From positions 813,311 to 877,310 of the forward strand of contig OZ025653.1 of NCBI GenBank assembly GCA_964019335.1: a stretch of DNA of 64,000 nucleotides. Direction: 5' to 3'. The translations under genes and the position numbers were made by a program. The stretch comes from Diplonema japonicum (lineage: Eukaryota > Protista > Euglenozoa: Diplonemea). Numbering within the stretch: the stretch's first letter is position 1; each line of letters opens with the position of its first letter. Of this stretch, positions 1 through 11,759 are shown piece after piece. A model generated the notes under the pieces. The model was not told where the DNA came from, did not search any database, and was given only the letters and a program-made list of their open reading frames with translations.

Positions 1-233
1 ACAGTACTTTTTTTTCCCCCTTCTTCTTTAGAATAGAGCAACTGCACCCACATTGTTCCCGCACGTGGCCTCGAGAGAGTGGAGACAATGAAAGAAAGGA
101 GGAGAAGAGGGTGGGGGGGGTCATATTAGCCTTAAAAACGTCGATGAAGTCACTTTTTTCAGTTTGCCAAAAAAGGGGGTTCTATGTGTTTTCGGCCAGA
201 CAATCGGGTTCATAGGCCCAAAAAAAATAGGTT

Positions 234-311
234 TTCGCGTAGTTTTAGCCACTTTTTGATGCTTTATTCTGGCCAGAATAAAGCATCAAAAAGTGGCTAA
301 AACTACGCGAA
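234..311. repeat. Perfect 78-bp spacerless palindrome
   Basis: ttcgcgtagttttagccactttttgatgctttattctgg|ccagaataaagcatcaaaaagtggctaaaactacgcgaa; two 39-bp arms centred between 272 and 273. Confidence 0.95.
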
Positions 312-716
312 TCAGCAACCTTTAAAAAATTGCCCGCATGGGGTTCCGGGTGGACCTACTCTCACCCCTGTGCCCTATGGTTTTGAGAAAATTTCAATTT
401 TTTTTTTCCATACACTCCAACACATGCCAAGAGCCGTGTATATTCCCCGCAACCACCCGTCGGGAAAGAAGAGATCATCTTCAAGGGAGAATGGGGTGGA
501 TCGTCCCCATATTCTCTACCAGGAGCCTTTTCTTGAACTAAACCGGAACCACATGCAAGCAAAAAAAAAGGTTTTTTTTTTGATTTCATAGTTTAAAGGC
601 AAATAAAGTGCCAAACACCGGTACCCAGAATCCCGTTTTTCACCTTTTATTAGGCTGTTAGACACATTCTTTGGCAAAACTGAAAAAAGGTGACATTATC
701 GACCACATATGACCCC

Positions 717-880
717 CCAGGGCTATGTTGGCAAAGGAAACGCGTTTCTTTTTTTTTTTTTTTTTTTGCAAATAAGGAAACGGAAACGTTTCCTTATTTT
801 GGGGCCGTTTCCTTAAGTATCTGAAAAATAGGGAAACGGATATGGAAACGTTGCCCCCATTCTTGCCAACATAGCCCTGG
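717..880. mobile_element. MITE-like element with 18-bp TIRs
   Basis: ccagggctatgttggcaa (717-734) and ttgccaacatagccctgg (863-880); internal hairpin 770-799; no TSD visible. Confidence 0.7.
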
Positions 881-1419
881 AGTGGGGGGGGGGGGGGGGG
901 GGGACAAAGGGAGATATGCGCCAATAGAAAGGAGGCGAAGGAAGGTTGTGGGCACAGTCCCGATCAGAATGAAGGGTGGGAGGAGAAAGAGAACCAACGC
1001 ATCGCCACGAGGTAAAAAGAAAAGGAGAATAGGGAGGGGGAACTTCCAAAATAAAAAAAAGAAGAAGAAAAATTGATATACCGAAACCGAGAGTACATGG
1101 CAGGGGGAAGGAGGGGGATAAAGAAATGGGCAGAGGGGAAGTATAAAAATATAAATAAAATAAAAACTGATAAGAAACAACCCGTTGCTGCTGTTGGGGT
1201 GTAGCCTTCCCAAGCACCACTGCTACCTTGCCGCGTAAAATCTTCTACGCGGGCCTCTCCTGCATCGTGGCCGGTGAGAGCAACTACGGCAATGCGGCCG
1301 TTAGCCGTAGAAGGACAAGCGCCGTGCCGCGCAAGACATGAGGACAAACGAAGAGGCAAACTCTAGCAAAATAAGAAAAGCAAAAACAAAAACCGGGCGA
1401 GGTTGAACCTGAGCAAGCT

Positions 1420-2115
1420 CTAGCCAGGCGCGTCGCCCATGAAGATGTCTTCGTCTTCGGCGCTACCTTCGTCCCCCTCTCCCTCTCCCTCTCCCTCTCC
1501 CTCCCCTTCGTCATCTGTGTCCATGTCCTCATCGTCCGTACCCTGCTGTGTGGTGTTATGTGAATAAATGTCATCGCACACCTCTTCTATCAGTTTTTCA
1601 GCCATCAACACATATTTCTGGCTTTGCCCCACGATGGGCCCGTACTGCATGCTGATCTGGTGGATGTACTTGCAAAACTCATCCAAACCAACATGCAAGT
1701 CAAAGTCAAGCAGCACCAGGAAGCGCAACTCCAAGTAGTTCAGCTCCGAAAGTCGTATCCCCGCAACACTGCTGTAGTACTTATTACTATAATAGCAGTC
1801 ATCACGCATTTTCGCAGACACCACGACGGCAGTGGCAAGCAGACGGTGCACGTTGAAGGAGGTGAGGTACAGGCCAGGGTGCCTGTTTATGAGACGGTCT
1901 ATTAGGATCACTGATATTACGTAGCATTCATCAGATGTAAAGAAATATTTATCTAACCTTGCAAAATATTTTTTAATCGAAATCACAGGCGCCTGGTACG
2001 CCTCAAACACCGAGACCCCCGTCCCTCTGCTTGAGGGCAGTGCCTGGTCGTTCCGACTCGTGAACTCAGTCAGCATTGTGGACAGCACGTCCAGCATGTT
2101 CCCATCTCCAGGCAT
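1420..2115 (-). CDS. P/U-type (PHO80/CYC2-like) cyclin with acidic tail
   Basis: Cyclin box motifs PVISIKKYFARL, TSFNVHRLLATAVVVSAKMRDDCYYSNKYYSSVAGI, ELNYLELRFLVLLDFDL. Confidence 0.92.
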   Translation of the reverse strand: MPGDGNMLDVLSTMLTEFTSRNDQALPSSRGTGVSVFEAYQAPVISIKKYFARLDKYFFTSDECYVISVILIDRLINRHPGLYLTSFNVHRLLATAVVVSAKMRDDCYYSNKYYSSVAGIRLSELNYLELRFLVLLDFDLHVGLDEFCKYIHQISMQYGPIVGQSQKYVLMAEKLIEEVCDDIYSHNTTQQGTDDEDMDTDDEGEGEGEGEGEGDEGSAEDEDIFMGDAPG

Positions 2116-2212
2116 GTTCCTTCCCCCCCACCCCTCCTACCTACCTGTGATGCGGTATGCAGCTGCTATGAAGGTAGACAAACATTTATTTGGTGTAAAT
2201 GAACATAACGCA

Positions 2213-5140
2213 CTATGTGCCTTCACTCTCTTCAGATTCTTTCTCTGGCTTTGCTTCGCTGAAGCCGTCTGTCAGCCGCAACTGCTTCTTTAGCAGAGGG
2301 AGTACCCAGTTCTGCCAGAACCTCTGGACCCTCAGGTGAACAGGAAGGTAAGGGGCAGGGTTCTTGAATGAGGCCACAGCACACACTGCCTGGACGAATT
2401 GGTGATAAAGCATTTCAGGTGACGAGTAGGACGGGTCGTCCTCAGCAACGAACTGCATGAACACTTGCTGCAGCGCGTGATAAGTGCAGACCTCGTCCGT
2501 CACCTTGCAGTCCAACATGAACTTCATGAACTCCTTCTGCGACAGCGTAGCAGAGTGGTCAGTCATCTCCATCGAGGCATAGTGTTTGAACACCTTAACG
2601 AAGTCTTGCTGACGCCGCTCCAGCATCTGCCGCACCAGGGGGTCGTCCAACTGCTTCTTGAATACAGCAACGTCACAGTAGTTGGCTTCGGGGATGACCC
2701 ACTTCTCCAGAAGGAGTACCAACTGCTCTACCGGCGATTGCACGCGGTGCTTGAACCTGTGGTGGGCTATGTGGATAAGCGCTGCCACAAACTCCCGTGG
2801 AGAAAGGTTGTTCTTCCCGACAGTTTCGCTGTCACATGCACTGAAAACAAGCTTGAAGTGTGTCCGGTCAAATAAATTCTTAAGGGGCAGGCCGCAATCC
2901 TTCACCAGCTTCCACAGCTCGTTGTACGACACGTTGGCATTCATGGACTTCGTGTCGTTGATACCATAGTACTTGAATATCTTGCGCAGGTGCTTGTAGT
3001 ACTTGTGCACGGCGGTCTTCATATCTGGGAAGTCTGTCTCAGGCACTACATCTTTAACCATTTGATGGTCAAGTTCGTACGCAGGCAAGTCTCGGATCTC
3101 GGACTTAGTGAGGGTCATGCACTTCTCGAGGACTCTGTGAGATTCGACGTAACCAGCAATCATATGTGAGGTTGTGATGTAGCTGAATTGATGCAAATTG
3201 CAGCAGTGCGTGTAGATGTTCTTGAAGTGCTTCGTAAGATCTGCTGGTGTCATCAGGATGTATTCCCGCACAATGTCAGAGGCTTCCGGGTCGCTGGACT
3301 TCTCCCAAGAATGAGGTGTTGCTTCGGGGTTCTCTGGCACTAGGCCCTTGAAGGCGTGTCCTGCGGTCTTGAAGGCGGGTCGCAGAAACCTGCTGTGCAT
3401 AACCACTGCCAACATGTTGTGTTTGAAGCTGTTGCTATCGACGATCTCATGCGGTAGGATGACTGTCGGTAGGTCTAGCTTCTGAAGCATGTCGCATATA
3501 ATTTCCCCTTTCTTCGATACAAGCACAGAGTCCAAGACACTTTGCACAGCTTCGGAGGGAACGTCGTGGGGAGACATAGTTCCGCACACGCATGCCCACA
3601 CATGCGCTGTGTTGACAGAGCCCTCAAATGCCACCAGTGGGGTAATGGTGTCATTGAAACACTTGTGTTGCGAGGCCATTAGGTTGATCCAGTTCAGCAG
3701 ATCCTCTGGATCGCCCGTCGTGTTCACCATTTTGAACGACTTGGTGCCATCCTTGAAAGGTTTGTAAAACTTTTTCCACACTGTCTCGAGCCTCTTTGTC
3801 TCGAACTGTTGCAACTTCAACGCCTCCACGATGTGCACCGACTGCCTTGCCAAGTTGCAGTATTTAGTTTCCAAGTCCTTTTTCTGTTTCTGTTTTGCTT
3901 CTTGCAAGTCCTGTAAAGCAACTTCTAAACCTGTGCACGCGTCCTGAGATTGTTTCAGCTGTTCACAGACTTCTTTATTCTTCTCACGTAGTGCTCTGAT
4001 TTGCTGCTCCGCTTGCTTCAAACTTTCTCGCAAGATATGGATCTCTTTGTTTTTTTCTTGCTTCACTTCCTTCACCAGCTCATCAACCCTCCGCTGACTA
4101 ATTTCGAGTGCTTTTTTTTGCTGACTTAAATCGCGTATTTGGCTATGCATCTCCTCCGTAGCCACTCGTTCCCTTCTTACATCCTTCCAGGCATTGAACA
4201 GAGACTTTTTGTACAGCGCCTGCCACACAGCTATGATTCTATTGAGCGCCATGCACAGCTTTTCACGTTCCTTAGTTTGTGTTTCGAAGGTCTTCTGAGC
4301 ATGGCCCAGCCTTTTCGAAGCATCTCGCAGCGATTGGAAATACGTCTTCCCACTGAATGACATGATGAGCTCCTTGACAACCAAGTTGGAGTCACCCGTG
4401 TGAACAAGGAGAGGTGCAGACAGACCCTCAAACACGTCCCGTAGGAACAGACCCTGGCATACGACACGTAGTGCAGGCATTGCAAGTTTCCCATAGGAAG
4501 GGTAGAGCATGGTGACTAGCAGAGCCACTTGGTACAAAATCGTGCAACCCACCGCAATCATTGGCGTGTTGGGAGTTAGCAGGGCTGCCGTTTGTTCAAG
4601 ACCTGTAGTGAACACAGGCAGTAGCCTGTCGCAAAGGGCCTGTGGCTGCTGATCGACGTTGTACCTGTTGACCCACTTGCCGACCCGGATTAGCTTCGCA
4701 TCGAGCGACTCCTCCGTCTGCAGGTTGGCGATGGTCACCTCAAGGGCGTCGGAGAGCTTGTCGAACCCGTTGTTCACTTCCACGTTGTTGCTAGTGTATG
4801 GCGGGACCCTCGCCTCCTCGGGAAGGGTTCCATCAAGGCTCAGGGGGGGTCTTGGCGAGTCCATGCCACTGAGATCCCGAAGCGGTTTCAACGGTACGCC
4901 ACTAACCCTGCGAAGGACGCTCACACCTGCTGTTGCCGGCCGTACCACATGAAGCCCCTGCGACAGCTTGAAGGCCTCATCTGTTTTTGCAGCGAACCCA
5001 TAAGTCATGTTGAGTGTCTTCGAGGTTTTCTTCTGCACTTTCTTCAGGGGTTGCTTCACACCCCAAACAGATGCCAGCTTCGACTTCCCAGCCTCACCAT
5101 TGCTGCTGCTGGTCAAATTCAGCATGTGTCTAGTTTCCAT
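2213..5140 (-). CDS. Hypothetical coiled-coil protein with C-terminal EF-hand/p25-like helical repeats
   Basis: Long ORF; central coiled coil; paired C-terminal motifs LRKIFKYY..ELWKLVKDC..LSPREFVAAL and VKVFKHY..EFMKFMLDC..YHQFVQAV; start placed at ATG 5140, just after a polypyrimidine-AG site. Confidence 0.75.
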   Translation of the reverse strand: METRHMLNLTSSSNGEAGKSKLASVWGVKQPLKKVQKKTSKTLNMTYGFAAKTDEAFKLSQGLHVVRPATAGVSVLRRVSGVPLKPLRDLSGMDSPRPPLSLDGTLPEEARVPPYTSNNVEVNNGFDKLSDALEVTIANLQTEESLDAKLIRVGKWVNRYNVDQQPQALCDRLLPVFTTGLEQTAALLTPNTPMIAVGCTILYQVALLVTMLYPSYGKLAMPALRVVCQGLFLRDVFEGLSAPLLVHTGDSNLVVKELIMSFSGKTYFQSLRDASKRLGHAQKTFETQTKEREKLCMALNRIIAVWQALYKKSLFNAWKDVRRERVATEEMHSQIRDLSQQKKALEISQRRVDELVKEVKQEKNKEIHILRESLKQAEQQIRALREKNKEVCEQLKQSQDACTGLEVALQDLQEAKQKQKKDLETKYCNLARQSVHIVEALKLQQFETKRLETVWKKFYKPFKDGTKSFKMVNTTGDPEDLLNWINLMASQHKCFNDTITPLVAFEGSVNTAHVWACVCGTMSPHDVPSEAVQSVLDSVLVSKKGEIICDMLQKLDLPTVILPHEIVDSNSFKHNMLAVVMHSRFLRPAFKTAGHAFKGLVPENPEATPHSWEKSSDPEASDIVREYILMTPADLTKHFKNIYTHCCNLHQFSYITTSHMIAGYVESHRVLEKCMTLTKSEIRDLPAYELDHQMVKDVVPETDFPDMKTAVHKYYKHLRKIFKYYGINDTKSMNANVSYNELWKLVKDCGLPLKNLFDRTHFKLVFSACDSETVGKNNLSPREFVAALIHIAHHRFKHRVQSPVEQLVLLLEKWVIPEANYCDVAVFKKQLDDPLVRQMLERRQQDFVKVFKHYASMEMTDHSATLSQKEFMKFMLDCKVTDEVCTYHALQQVFMQFVAEDDPSYSSPEMLYHQFVQAVCAVASFKNPAPYLPVHLRVQRFWQNWVLPLLKKQLRLTDGFSEAKPEKESEESEGT

Positions 5141-5142
5141 GC

Positions 5143-5195
5143 CTGTGTGGATAAAAGGAGAAGTTAAAAAAGAGGGAAAATCAATTAAAGAGAGA
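5143..5195 (-). promoter_or_regulatory. Putative trans-splice acceptor (polypyrimidine tract plus AG)
   Basis: Minus strand reads ttttccctcttttttaacttctccttttatccacacAG gc ATG; similar sites at about 25500-25540. Confidence 0.5.
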
Positions 5196-7596
5196 ACAGT
5201 GCAGGTGGAAGTACTTGTGAAGCGACACATGCCAACTTGGTGACTAACGGCAAGGGTGTCCTTCCTACATGTGTGAGGTACTGATGTTTTTATTTGTTTT
5301 GTTTTGTTTTTTTCTTGTTTCTTTTTTTTTCCTTTTTGCTTCTTCCATCAGATTTCATTTCCTAGCCTGCTGTTTGCTGGGGGGGGGGGAGAAAAAAGAT
5401 TACTATAAAAATAAAGAAAAGGTCCTTTCGCCCTGCCTCCCCTTTCACGCCGGTGTTGATACAGCTATGTTAAAGGGTGGAGAAAAAAAGTGTTTTCAGC
5501 GTTTCCCTCGACATTAAGAAACGGCAATCTCAAATAACAAACAGTGCCGTACACCGTGTGTTCGAGCCAGCACTTCGTAGCACTTGCTGCACAGGACACG
5601 AAGCAGCCTCTTCGATCCAAGGCAAAAGGAGACAGGGCGGAAATGTAACAAAAACAGGTATGGGGAGGGCAGGAGCGATATACAGACAAAAAGTTTTGAG
5701 AAGGTTTGAGGTCAATATGGACTGCCCAGTGTTTTTTTTTTCTTTTTTTTTTTGTGTGTGTGTGTGGGTGTGTGTGCGCGCTTAAAGTATTAAGTTCTTT
5801 TTTCTTGATTTTTCCTTCTTATAGTTTTTCGCACTTTGTTCCCCATTGGCACAGTTGAAGAACGGTAGGAGCCAGCAACACACCCTTTTGGGCTGAAGAG
5901 AGCGTTGGACTCCTCTTTCCTTTATGTACCTGCAGAAACTTTAAAAAAAAAAAAATAAAAAAAGAGAGAAAAACGCCACCCCCCTTGTTCTTGTTTATGA
6001 GGAGAATGGGAGTGGATGTGAAGGCTGCAAAGAGGCGGCTGCACCACAGTGGTGTTCTGCCCCTCTTATGGAAGAACACAAAGCGGCTACATGTCGTCTG
6101 CTTCTCGCCTCCACTATCTTACTTTACTTACACTGAAAAGGGTTGTATGCATGCGCCAATCGAGACACCGTGAGGTGGCCTCGTCTGGACACAGATTTGG
6201 ACACTTCATAGAAAGAAAGGGGCAAAAGATAAAAATAAATAAACAGGAAAAGGGGTGGGGTGGAACAACCAAACCGAAAACCACCTGTCGAGAACTAACA
6301 ATACAAGCACGGCAGGTGCGTGCAGTGGGCACTGTACCCGCTGTCCATGCGGGGGAGATAAGGAGGCTGTTGGGCACTGATGGGGCATCTCTAGGTATCA
6401 CATTTATTTCTTAGTTCAATTTTTCATGTAAGAAAAAAAGGTCAAAATGTACGGGGGAATGGAAAAAAAATGGGAGAAGGGAAGTACCATCTCATTGTTC
6501 ATCACCACAATAAAGAGCAAGAAAGGACAGAGAAGATGTGAATATGGGGAATGAGGGACAATTGAATTGTTTTTTTTCTTTAAAATAAAGGGGATTTTTT
6601 TTTTTTTTTTTTTTTTTTTCAGAAGGACAAGTGATAGAGGGGCAGGAGACAGGGAAGGAAGACCTTTAAAAAAATGGTGAGTGTGGGTTTGCAAATTTTA
6701 TTTTCTTTCTTATTTTTTTTTTCGATTTTCTTTCTTTCTTTCTTTCTTAAAGGATAAGTACTACAAAGTAAAGGTCTCCATTTCCATCTGCCTCCCCCCT
6801 GCCCCCTCCGTATGACTGCCCTTTGTCCTCTCCTCTGTCCGGAGTACGAAGGCAGGTGGCATGTGCCCTGCCTAGCTCTTGTGAGCGAGAATTTTCTTTA
6901 TTGTGATGAGAGATGTTTTGCAATAAGAAGCTAGAGTGGTACAACATCGAAGGCCGATTGGTCTGTGCCTTCAATGATCCCGTCTGTCGGGCGCCCTGCT
7001 GCAGCTTGCAAGGCGCAGCCGGGGGGAGGGAGATCTTTTCAAAGTATCCGTCTGAAGCCTGTCATGGATGGACACTAAAAAAGTAGATCGAAGGGAAAGG
7101 AAAAAAAGGGGGGAATAAAAATAAGTAGAAGTGCATAGTACATTTGCACAAAGCACCCACCCGACAGACGGAACTGGTTCTTGCCGCTGTTCGCTTGCTG
7201 ATCGGGAAGTGCTAAGGCTTCCACCCGCTTAATGGGAAACATGTTAAAAGATTGCCCAACAAAACAGAAACTTAACCAACCGAACAAGGCTGCACCATGC
7301 CGTGGAGCAGGGCAACCTTACGGAAGGCTAAAGCTCGGTGACCTTGAGATGACTTACTAGAGATGCCCACAATTGCAGTGCCAGTGCCGGCATGGCGCCT
7401 TTGTTGAAGTAAATACTAATCTAAGACAAAACCTGCCAGCCTTGGCCAGATACCCATTGCTAGTTCACGGTTGTAAAACAGATGAGTTGACGTGCACGCA
7501 TATGTTCACAGGCAACAACAACGAGTGACAAGTAATTTAAGTGGCTTGAAGAATAGGGATGGGAAAGAAGGGAAAGGGAAAACAATAAAACTATGT

Positions 7597-9722
7597 TCAC
7601 CAACGCCTACCACGGCCGCCGCCACCGTAACCACCACCGCCGCCGCCGCCGCCGCCCCTGTTGTAGCCTCCGCCGCCGCCACGGCCACCGTAGCCACCAC
7701 CGCCGCCCTGGCGGCCATATCCGTCACGGCCGTACCTGCTCCTGTTGTTGTTGCCACCGCCTGACCTGCCACCGCTGGACTGGGAAGCGACCTGACGCAA
7801 GAACGGGTCAACAGGCTGGTTGGCCTTCTCGAGAACCTGGGGTCATAAGTTTAACTTACTAAAGCAAGCATACCTCGAGCAAGGGCTTAGCTAAACCGAC
7901 GTTGGCCGGAGTGAAGAAGCTGTAAGCATCGCCGATGTCACCAGCACGGCCAGTCCTCCCAATCCTGTGCACGTAGTCCTCCAGCTGTATTCGTGTAAAA
8001 TCAAAGAAAAAGAAAAAGAAAGGAAACAACTACCTGATCAGGGAAGTCGTAGTTGATAACAGCAGGCAAGTCACGAATGTCAAGGCCACGCTGTGCCACA
8101 TCTGTCGCGATCAGGATACAGCTCTGAGACTTTCTAAACCAGCCCAAAGCGTGGTCTCGCTGCTGCTGGGTCTTGTCACCGTGGATAGTAAGAGTCTTGA
8201 TACCGTTGCCCTGGAGGAAATCAGCTAGATTTTCAACGCCCCTCTTGGTCTGAACAAAGATGAGTACTTTGCTCACGTGGCTGTGGATCTGACCGAGCAA
8301 ATCAAGCAGTTCCCTCTTCTTCTCCGACTCTTCAACGAACCAGATGTGCTGGCGCACGTCAGCGTTCGCGGCAAGGTCGCTGTACCCGACGTTGATCTGC
8401 ACCCAGTCGTCGAGGAAGTTCTGAGCGAGCTGACGCACCTCCTTAGGCCACGTGGCAGAGAACATGAGTGTCTGCCTGTCAGGTCTAACCTGGTTCAAGA
8501 TCGTGGTAATCTGGGGTTCGAAACCCATGTCAAGCATCCTGTCGGCCTCGTCAAGAACCAGGTAAGTAGCCCTCTTGAGGTTGGTTTGGCCGCCCTCAAG
8601 GAAGTCGATCATCCTGCCTGGAGTGGCGATCACGATCTGGGCACCTCTCAGGTTCTTAATCTGAGGTCCCCTCATTGCCCCTCCGTAAACGCAAGCAGTG
8701 CGGTAGTTCTGGCGACCTGACACCTTCTGGGTCTCTTCATCGATCTGCACCGCAAGCTCTCTCGTCGGTGCAATGAACAAAGCGATAGGGCCGTCGCCGT
8801 GGTTAAGCGGGGGCTGGGTCCCAATGTGCAGGATCGCAGGAACAGCGAAAGACAGGGTTTTCCCCGAACCTGTTTTAGCAATTCCAACAAGGTTGTTGCC
8901 AGACAATGCAATAGGCCAAGACTGTGCCTGGATGGGGGTGGGTTCAACGAAACCACTCTTGCGGAAAACATCAAGGACGGAGTTCGGGAACTTTGCTTCG
9001 GCAAACGTAAGAATAGGGTTTGGCACAGCATCACCACCCCTGGCAGGTTCGACCGTGATACCATTCGCTTCCCTCCACTGAGCAACGTCAGAGGGGCTCC
9101 TAGATTCTGTGACGGGACTGGGCTCGTACGAGTTCTTTGACACCTTCGTCAAACTCTCGTTCTGCCAGTTGACTTGACCGAGACCCCTGCCCAGTCCTGC
9201 CATCCTGTCGCCTCCCTTGCCACCACCCTGCCAGGTACCCCAGCCAGAACCGGCCGAGGGCTGGACATAGCTGCTGCCTTGCCATCCACCGGCAGGAGCG
9301 GGAGCCGGAGCAGGAGCAGGAGCACCACCACCGCCCGAGCGCCAGCCACCAGCGGGCTGGGAAAATCCACCAGCACTTCCGCCACCGCCACCGCCACCGC
9401 CACCGCCTTGCCAGTTGCCACCACTACCGCCACCACTCTGGAAGCTACCAGCACTCGGTGCGCTGAAACCGGGACGTCCACCACCACTGCTGCCACCACC
9501 CTGCCATCCCTGGCTTGAGCCTTGGTTGAAGCCGCCCTGGGCAAAGCCACTGCCACTCTGAGCGAAAGCCTCACCACCGCTGGGTGCTTCCCATCCCTGA
9601 GCACTCGGTCCTGGCATGCCTGCACCACCTTTGACACCAGTGGTAACCGGCGGCATGCCAGTGGCACCACTGGCACCGCCACCACCACTACCACCGCCAC
9701 CTGCTTGGACCCAGCTTGTCAT
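7597..9722 (-). CDS. DBP2: DEAD-box RNA helicase DBP2/p68, 3 exons (introns 7985-8033 and 7837-7873)
   Basis: Q motif [42 protein letters not shown]; [10 protein letters not shown] restored by splicing; Gly-rich N-terminus and RGG C-terminus. Confidence 0.92.
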
Positions 9723-11120
9723 TTTACTACTTAGAATCTGTGTTGTGATATTAATGAAGAAGGTGCAAGGAATACAAATACATTATTTCGTGTTCAAGGA
9801 TAACACGACTTTAAGGGCAAGCCAACCAGACGTAAGTCTGATGGTTGTAAACCTTTTCCCTGCTTTCATGGTATCTTCACCTCGTCTTTATCACAATCCT
9901 TATCATCTGCACCTTTTCTGTTTTACTTCGTTCCGACTTGATAGCCGCTCCCATCAGGAAGTGGTTCAAGATGCTTACCAGTTACATAAAAAAGAGAACC
10001 CTGTTAAACCATTCAAAAAACAAATGAAAATAACCCCCCTCAAATTAAAATACTATGTCAAGCGGTGCTTATATCGGACGATAAGACTACTTGATTACAG
10101 GGGGTACACCACAGCCGAGTTGTAGCTTCTTCTGCGTTCCGTGTTGTTTCCTTAATCACTGTGGCCAAGCTGTAGCTTCTTCTGCGTTCCGTGTCGTGTC
10201 CTTAATGTGTGGTGTTCAGCTCAACCCCAGCCGGGGCGTCCCGGGTAACCAGATTCTGCTCGTGCAGGGGTGGGTCGTTCCGTTCCCTTCCACCAAACCG
10301 AAAAGTCGGAGCTTGGCGGAACGGCGGAACCAGCGGAACCGGAACTTGGCGGAACAGGGAATTCCTTACCTTTTTTTTTTTTTTTTTTTTTTTTTTCCTC
10401 TTTGCATCATCAAGGTTGAAAGTGGTGACTATATCACCACAACACTGACAGCACAATATTCCATGTCGTGTCCTTAATGTGTGCAGTGTGCAGCTCAACA
10501 CCAGAGCATCTGCAATACATTCCTCCACTCGGGCGCTACCAGTGATGACCAACATGGAGGTCAACAGCGAACAACACATCTGATGTACTTCTTATATTTC
10601 CATATTTCTGTAATCCCCACCACCAAATAACATGAAAGAGGTAAAGGAGACCAGTGACAGGGGGTGCACCTTGGCCGCTTCTGCGTTCCGCGTCGTGTCC
10701 TTAATGCATGCAGTGTGCAGCTCGACCCCAGCTGGTGCCCTAAGTAGTTTACTCATGCAATTTGTTCTTCCACTCAGGGTGCTACAGGTGATGACCGGCC
10801 AAGTGGATGGAGGAAAATGCCTATTCGTCGTGTTTGTGGTGCCTGCACAAGAACTGTTAACTTGATACAGGGGGGCACTGCAGCCAAGTTGTAGCTTCTT
10901 CTGTGTTCTGCATTGTGTCCTTAATGTGTGCAGTGCGCAGCTTAACCCCAGCCAGAGCAACACAACCCAGGGTAACCAACATTCTGTGCTCATGCAGTTT
11001 GCTGCCAATTCATCACCCTGAGCATCTGCATTATGTTCTCCCACTTGGGTGCTACTGGTGATGACTGACATGGAGGTCAACAGCGAACAACACATCTGAT
11101 GTACTTCTTATATTTCCATG

Positions 11121-11282
11121 CAGTGTTGGTCCAGACCCTTGAGGGACTCAGGGGACAAAGGGAAAAAAAAAAAAAAAAGTTGCAAAACTATCAAAAATAA
11201 TGACAGTGTTTGGGAGAGTCCCGTGAGTCCCGTCCAGGCCCGTATTCCGTTTTAGGGGACGGGACGGGACTGACCAACACTG
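11121..11282. mobile_element. 162-bp MITE with CAGTGTTGGTC TIRs and 7-bp TSD TTCCATG
   Basis: TSD at 11114-11120 and 11283-11289; the paralogous copy at about 15950-15970 (tatttccatgttatcccc) is an empty site. Confidence 0.9.
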
Positions 11283-11759
11283 TTCCATGTTATCTCCACC
11301 ACCTGAATGATATATATATGAGTTAAAAGAGGCCGGTGTTGGTGGCGCCCTGCACAAGAACTGTCTACTTGATTACAGGGGGTGCACCACAGCCAGGTTG
11401 TAGCTTCTTCTGCGTTCTGCATCGTGTCCTTAATCACCACGGCCGAGTTGTAGCTTCTTCTGTGTTCTGTGTCGTGTCCTTAATGTGTGCGGTGTTCAGC
11501 TCACCCTAGCCGGGGTGCCCCAGGTAACCAAGATTCTGCACTCATGTGGTTTGCTTGGTGATGACCGATGAGGAGGTCAACAGTGAACACATCTGATGTT
11601 TTTCTTATATTTTCATGTTATCCCACCACCTAAAAAAGAAGATAAAGGTTTTTTTCTTTTTTTTTTTTTTTTTTCTCATTGTTGTTGTTGTTGTTGTCGT
11701 CTCTCAGTACCTGTGTAACATCTTTTCTTGTAGACATCTGTTTATACATTTGAACTCTG

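Noticed and set aside
5250-7590. Possible genes or snoRNAs in the 2.3 kb between DBP2 and the next gene
   Set aside because: Low-complexity, UTR-like sequence with short motif-free ORFs and no convincing C/D or H/ACA box pair.
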